DNA of 32,000 nt from Trichodesmium erythraeum IMS101. Its GTDB lineage: Bacteria; Cyanobacteriota; Cyanobacteriia; Cyanobacteriales; Microcoleaceae. Below the pieces are notes generated by a model. The model made no database searches, was not told where the DNA came from, and saw nothing but the letters and a program-made list of their open reading frames with translations. Position 1 is the first letter of the stretch. Every line of letters starts with the position of its first letter. The stretch is from positions 5,970,001 through 6,002,000 of the forward strand of contig NC_008312.1 of NCBI RefSeq assembly GCF_000014265.1, given 5' to 3'. Shown here piece after piece: positions 28,601 to 32,000 of the stretch. The position numbers and the translations under genes were made by a program.

Positions 28601-28688
28601 TCATATTCCTCATTTTAAAGAGGCTTTTCAGGCTAGAATTGAGGTGAGTAAAACTGCCCAAGGTTCACAAATTATTTTGTCTGTATGA
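25638..28688 (+). CDS. sbcC: SbcC/Rad50-family ATPase (double-strand break repair nuclease subunit C)
   Basis: N-terminal Walker A ICGPNGAGKSSLLEAIAWAIWG. ~800 aa of Q/E/K-rich coiled coil with a central zinc hook CPLCDRPL. C-terminal ABC signature YSGGEAFRVNFAIRLALS and Walker B LIIDEGFG. No sbcD gene is adjacent in the window. Confidence 0.93.
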   Translation: MIPQKLQLKNFLSYHQATLDFTGLHTACICGPNGAGKSSLLEAIAWAIWGNSRAATEDDIISLGEKETRVDFTFSTHGNIYRVIRGRRRGQSPTLEFQVNTGSQFKSLTQKGVRATQQSIIEYIKLDYETFVNSAYLRQGRADEFMLKRPNERKEILASLLKLDQYDTLGEKAKDIARQFKAKVEILEQSLEANEKQLEQKEAIAQQQNNLKAILAQLQQKQETDRQQLKELQTKQHERQTWQKLLQGQQQQYDKLVQECSRLKQELKATQQQQDELIAVLQQENEINAGYVHFQNLQATEESLSAKFKKHQNALKQSQQLQEKQRQELQKLENNIQQFRGQLNSLKEQEQENLNVLSKRTDIETALAELQAARVKLNELDKLQVEVTPLVQQRQKLQTELEKRQARLSVRLEELNSRVCQLRQTQQQKQPQLQATLQEVVAEIAVLDNKRVYQERVREKGQERHQFLERLIGNKKDYETRLAELGQKLQLLNIGSNNGKVEVKEYPPCPLCDRPLDEHHWHLVVDKHQTQQKEIRDLLWVTREQLTISEREIQVLRTEYRQIDEELGKYDQLRESRGGLQVQLDNIKQDESLVQELVEEVAKVERSLHTGDFAVNLYAELSTLEQQIQQFNYDERSHSLAREEEKKLRWAEIKYGQIKDAEIKLGKVRALMPEIEEKIVGLKQDLELQKQSSQIQQEIVVIEREIAEIGYDLELHNNVRLELRKAQFWLTKIEKLRQAHKQYPYLIERINELKAVIENRQQDLTDIKSQVSILNQQLEKTPELDEKIIYLDKKIQVRRQELDETLGSLGSLEQQLKHLENLQLQNGKQLEELQTTKRQYRVYQELSLAFGKKGIQALMIENILPQLEAETNQILARLSANQLHIQFVTQKATKGSKKNARWIDTLDILIADAKGTRPYETYSGGEAFRVNFAIRLALSKLLAQRSGTALQMLIIDEGFGTQDAEGCDRLIAAINAIATDFSCILTVTHIPHFKEAFQARIEVSKTAQGSQIILSV

Positions 28689-29006
28689 TTCATCCTAAAT
28701 TATGATTAGGGATAAAAAAATCATCATACTTCCCAATGGAAATATAAATGAAAATATCAACATTATGAATTATCTTACCAATTTCATCTATTCAATTTTA
28801 TCTATGATAGCCCTATCAGATAATTTTGCAAGGAGACTCCCGCGATAATCTTTGATTTAGCCGTCAGATAAATTACAAAAAGTAGTTCACAACTACTAAC
28901 ATATTTACCTTTCTTTTCTGTCAGCCAATTTTGTCAAAAATCACCCTTCGGCAACTCATTTTTCACAATAATTTATGTAAGAATTTTGATAGATTCTACT
29001 AATTTA

Positions 29007-29096
29007 AACACGACTTACGCAAAGATATTATATCATCAAAAATTAAGCAAGTCTCCTTCTAAATTTTGGACGATTTCCTATTTCGTAAGTCCTGTT
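29007..29096. mobile_element. MITE-like ~90-bp element with terminal inverted repeats ACACGACTTACGCAAA / TTTCGTAAGTCCTGT
   Basis: Left end ACACGACTTACGCAAA versus the reverse complement of the right end, ACAGGACTTACGAAA (~13/15). It lies between the convergent sbcC and lipase genes. Confidence 0.4.
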
Positions 29097-29122
29097 AATA
29101 ATGGAATTCTAATTCTACTGCT

Positions 29123-31252
29123 TTAAACTCTAAGTATAAAGTTTTCTGAACTTAATTCAGGAGCTACAGTGGCAAAATCACCACCTGTTCCGAACCCTGA
29201 AGCACTACCATTTTGATTGTAGAACAAATTACCAGTTTCTGTGCTGTGAACAATGATAGCTTCTGAACTAGCTGCACTTTCATCTGTTTCTACTACTTCA
29301 AACTCTTCAACACGACTAAACCCTGGATTTTTTCTGCTGCTTGAGTCACTTTCAATGGCATCAAAAGTAGATTTATCCAATAGGATAAAGTCTTGATCAA
29401 CCTTAAAGTCAGTTATGATATCCTTACCCAAGTCTTCTTCATTAAATGGTCGGTTTGTGTTAAAAATGAAGAAATCTATACTGCCACCACCTATAAGCTC
29501 GTCGTTTCCTGGTCCACCATTGAGGCGATCGCGACCGATACCACCTTCGAGAGTATCGTCACCCTTTCCCCCCAATAAAATATCGTTACCAGAGCGACCT
29601 ATTAAATAGTCATCCCCAGATTGTCCGAATATTTTGTCATTGCCTGGACCGCTATTGAGTGTATCGTTACCACCTTTACCTATAATTTTATCATTGCCTG
29701 GACCACTATTTAAGGAATCATCATTTTCACTACCTCTCATTATATCATCGCCGCTTTTATCGACTTCTGGTTGTAAGTTTTCGTCGAAAAATAAAGCTCT
29801 GTTCTGTGGAAACTTTTCATTCAGTAAGTCGTAGAATGAATTTTTTGTTGTGGGATATGAGTTAGGATCAAAGAAGGTCTCTATATCTAGGTTTGTTAGT
29901 TCCGCTAAACCATCTTCATTTCTCCGTTTTGATTCCCCTGCGTAATCAGTGCCTTCGAATAAATTTATAGCAACATCTATCGCATAATCATGCCACTGCT
30001 CCTGGGGAACGGGTTGTTCGTAAATCATTATACCATATTGACCCAAATCCTGATAATTAGTAACATTGAGATATAGGTCAAAGTCACCTGCAGGCCAATC
30101 ATATCCATATAGCGTTTCAGAATGGATAACATAAACATTTTCAGCATCATCCTCAGAAAGCCGAGCATTGGGCTGATCAGGTAAAAAATCACTGAAAGGT
30201 TCAACGCCGCCAGGATCCAGGCCAATAATTCGATCCATTTCTACCCTTTGCCCAACTAGTCCAGCAATTTGAGCACCAAGACTGTGACCTACGAATGTTA
30301 GCTTTTCAGGATTTACGTTATATCTTGTGATATATTCTACTATATCGTCAGTGATCTTGGAAAGGTTTGCCCGTGCCTCAGCATAATTCAAGGCCAGTGC
30401 CTCGAGATTTATATCCAACTTGTAATTTTTTTCAGCCCAATCTACGAAAAGAATATTAGCATTTGGATCGTATTGGCGAATCGCTTTTGATAAGCTTGTT
30501 TCCCTGCTTGTTTCCCTCTCACCATTAGAGATGTTGATGTTATTTTCTGGTATCCAACTATTTCCCGCTCCACGAGAGAATCCGTGTGTCACAAAATATG
30601 TATTTTGTTCTTGATCAATTCTTCCTAATTTATCTCTTAAGTTATTGATATCAAGCTCACCCTTGTCCAAGACATGAAACCAAGTACCATCAATAATATC
30701 ATTGCTACCACCAACCAAATCTATTGGAACAACGGTTCCTGGAAAGTTTTCGGTTTCTTTAACATCAAATTTTTTTGTTTCACTAACATCAAACAAGTAC
30801 GACTCTTCTCCTGATAGTTCTGAAGTATCAAAGTATTTCTGACCATCAGAGATCGTAAAAGATTCTAATCCCCAGCCATCAATATCCAAGCTTTCTAAAT
30901 CCGATGTTTCATCCCCTTCTAATACCCCATCGAACTTCCCATCGAATATCCCTGCTTTTTCTAACTCCAATAATACAGGACCCAACGTCACATCGCTTTC
31001 TGATAGAGGATCAAGCTTCTGACCGTTTTGTAATTTTAGACGAAACTCTACTGCTTCTAAATCGCCAATATTCAATTTTCCCAGATGAAAAGTTCTGTTT
31101 TGGTTTTTTTCCCATGGGATATCATCAAAGCTCGTAAGTTCCATATATTCAGTAGTGTTTTGACTACCGAACAGTTTTACCTCTACATCGTTACGTGTCC
31201 CACTCAAAGGACTAGACCCCGTTTCTATGTAAATACTGTAAAATTCAGTCAT
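29123..31252 (-). CDS. Secreted-type PLAT/LH2 domain, pancreatic-lipase-like alpha/beta hydrolase, RTX (hemolysin-type Ca-binding) repeat protein
   Basis: N-terminus YSIYIETGSSPLSGTRNDVEVKLFGS...FHLGKLNIGDLEAVEFRL matches the PLAT pattern. Lipase blocks: FVTHGF, ILFVDWA and the nucleophile elbow TFVGHSLGAQIAGLVG (~30270-30295). Nonapeptide repeats GGKGDDTLEGGIGRDRLNGGPGNDELIGG (~29440-29740). No N-terminal signal peptide, and a hydrophobic C-terminal end (NFILRV), as in type I secretion substrates. Confidence 0.9.
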   Translation of the reverse strand: MTEFYSIYIETGSSPLSGTRNDVEVKLFGSQNTTEYMELTSFDDIPWEKNQNRTFHLGKLNIGDLEAVEFRLKLQNGQKLDPLSESDVTLGPVLLELEKAGIFDGKFDGVLEGDETSDLESLDIDGWGLESFTISDGQKYFDTSELSGEESYLFDVSETKKFDVKETENFPGTVVPIDLVGGSNDIIDGTWFHVLDKGELDINNLRDKLGRIDQEQNTYFVTHGFSRGAGNSWIPENNINISNGERETSRETSLSKAIRQYDPNANILFVDWAEKNYKLDINLEALALNYAEARANLSKITDDIVEYITRYNVNPEKLTFVGHSLGAQIAGLVGQRVEMDRIIGLDPGGVEPFSDFLPDQPNARLSEDDAENVYVIHSETLYGYDWPAGDFDLYLNVTNYQDLGQYGIMIYEQPVPQEQWHDYAIDVAINLFEGTDYAGESKRRNEDGLAELTNLDIETFFDPNSYPTTKNSFYDLLNEKFPQNRALFFDENLQPEVDKSGDDIMRGSENDDSLNSGPGNDKIIGKGGNDTLNSGPGNDKIFGQSGDDYLIGRSGNDILLGGKGDDTLEGGIGRDRLNGGPGNDELIGGGSIDFFIFNTNRPFNEEDLGKDIITDFKVDQDFILLDKSTFDAIESDSSSRKNPGFSRVEEFEVVETDESAASSEAIIVHSTETGNLFYNQNGSASGFGTGGDFATVAPELSSENFILRV

Positions 31253-31655
31253 GAGTTTATCCTTAAAACTACTTTTTTACTAGCAAATATAGATATCCTT
31301 TTCCTGGCGCCAGATTATAATCAGGAGATTATTGAAGTATACACTTCAAGTAACTAGCGTAGTTACTCAAACTAGCGTAAGAAGAATAACTACAAATTTA
31401 TTGCAATATACTCAACATTATAATATATTACAATTGATAACAAAAGGTAAGGCTTATTAATAATAACCTCTGGCTTATTAATCTTCGGGAAGGTTTATCC
31501 TGGGCTGATGCCTAATATCCAGAATTTACGCAAAATTTTCAGATTAGACAATATCTATAGTAGGGGTAAAAGGTAGTCCACAAACTAAGCACAGGACAAA
31601 AATTTTAAAACCCTATAAAAAATTAGCTATTTTGCTAGGTATATCAAAGAATATA

Positions 31656-32000
31656 TTACGCCAAAAATCTAGACCATATGGAAAAAATTTGAGCTTTACC
31701 CCCATGTTTTTTTACCAGCATAGGACGATGCTCATCTAACCAAACACCTACTTGGTGTGCCCAAAACAGTATCAAAATTAATAAAAATATCATTTTAGTT
31801 AGACGTTCTGATTTAATTATATCAGTTGACTAAAGGTCAAAACCTATACTTTTGAAGCAACCAAACAACATTTCAATGTGCCAGCGATGAACATAACCAT
31901 AATATTGAATCCCACTTGCCCCTGGGCAAGCCCTAACTACAATTAACAGTTCTCCTAATTCCAACTTCAAAGCTGATACATACATACACATTCCCCAAAT
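31656..32000 (-). pseudogene. C-terminal part of an IS4-family DDE transposase (runs off the 3' window edge) with an in-frame TAG at 31830-31832
   Basis: Reverse-strand translation from nt 32000: IWGMCMYVSALKLELGELLIVVRACPGASGIQYYGYVHRWHIEMLFGCFKSIGFDL*STDIIKSERLTKMIFLLILILFWAHQVGVWLDEHRPMLVKKHGGKAQIFSIWSRFLA* (stop at 31656-31658). It contains the Y-x2-R-W-x-I-E-x2-F-x3-K signature of IS4-type transposases. It is absent from the ORF track because each piece is under 60 aa. Confidence 0.75.

Noticed and set aside
25638-28688. sbcC without an adjacent sbcD as a sign of a novel system.
   Set aside because: The protein has the complete canonical Rad50/SbcC layout, and unlinked sbcC/sbcD genes are not unusual. 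Nothing in the flanks suggests a new partner.
29393-29834. Three + strand ORFs (61-66 aa, Pro/Ser-rich).
   Set aside because: They are antisense to the RTX nonapeptide repeats, whose GGxGxD codons read as P/S-rich on the opposite strand.
2250-31357. Remaining short track ORFs: 2250-2438(-), 5851-6105(-), 6166-6348(+), 7731-7997(+), 9225-9434(-), 15765-15962(-), 19790-19978(+), 20689-20871(-), 21736-21933(-), 25679-25864(-), 30028-30225(-), 30904-31137(+), 31085-31357(+).
   Set aside because: Each lies inside, out of frame with, or overlapping the edge of a much longer ORF that has clear family signatures (15765-15962 overlaps the 5' end of the 157-aa ORF, which has no recognised family). They have low-complexity or hydrophobic composition typical of AT-rich off-frame translation.

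Overview
AT-rich cyanobacterial chromosomal window. It carries 13 copies of the HIP1 octamer GCGATCGC, STRR-like heptamer repeats and unusually long non-coding spacers. The composition and gene content fit a low-GC filamentous cyanobacterium such as Trichodesmium; that assignment is an inference, not a search result. Housekeeping genes present: glyQ, tRNA-Ser(CGA), comEC, sbcC, a TrmJ-like methyltransferase, a fibrillin, a GNAT acetyltransferase, a HAD hydrolase and a beta-lactamase-like hydrolase. Accessory content: (i) A 5'-truncated giant STAND/GAF signalling protein whose usual histidine-kinase output is replaced by an AAA-like NTPase module. (ii) A 1553-aa caspase(C14)-STAND NTPase-TM-WD40 protein with 15 nearly identical 123-bp WD repeats that differ only at a few codons; a single in-frame TAA cuts it off from a 190-codon TPR-like tail. 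(iii) About 1.2 kb away, a 1.6-kb apparently non-coding two-level repeat array: 8 x [62-bp header + 4-13 copies of a 16-bp unit], 68 units, six unit alleles. I cannot assign it to any known element class, and it is my top candidate for something new. (iv) A secreted-type PLAT-lipase-RTX protein. (v) Decayed selfish DNA: two Uma2 relics, an IS4-type transposase relic at the 3' edge, and several small inverted-repeat (MITE-like) elements. All domain calls come from motif recognition by eye; no database search was run.
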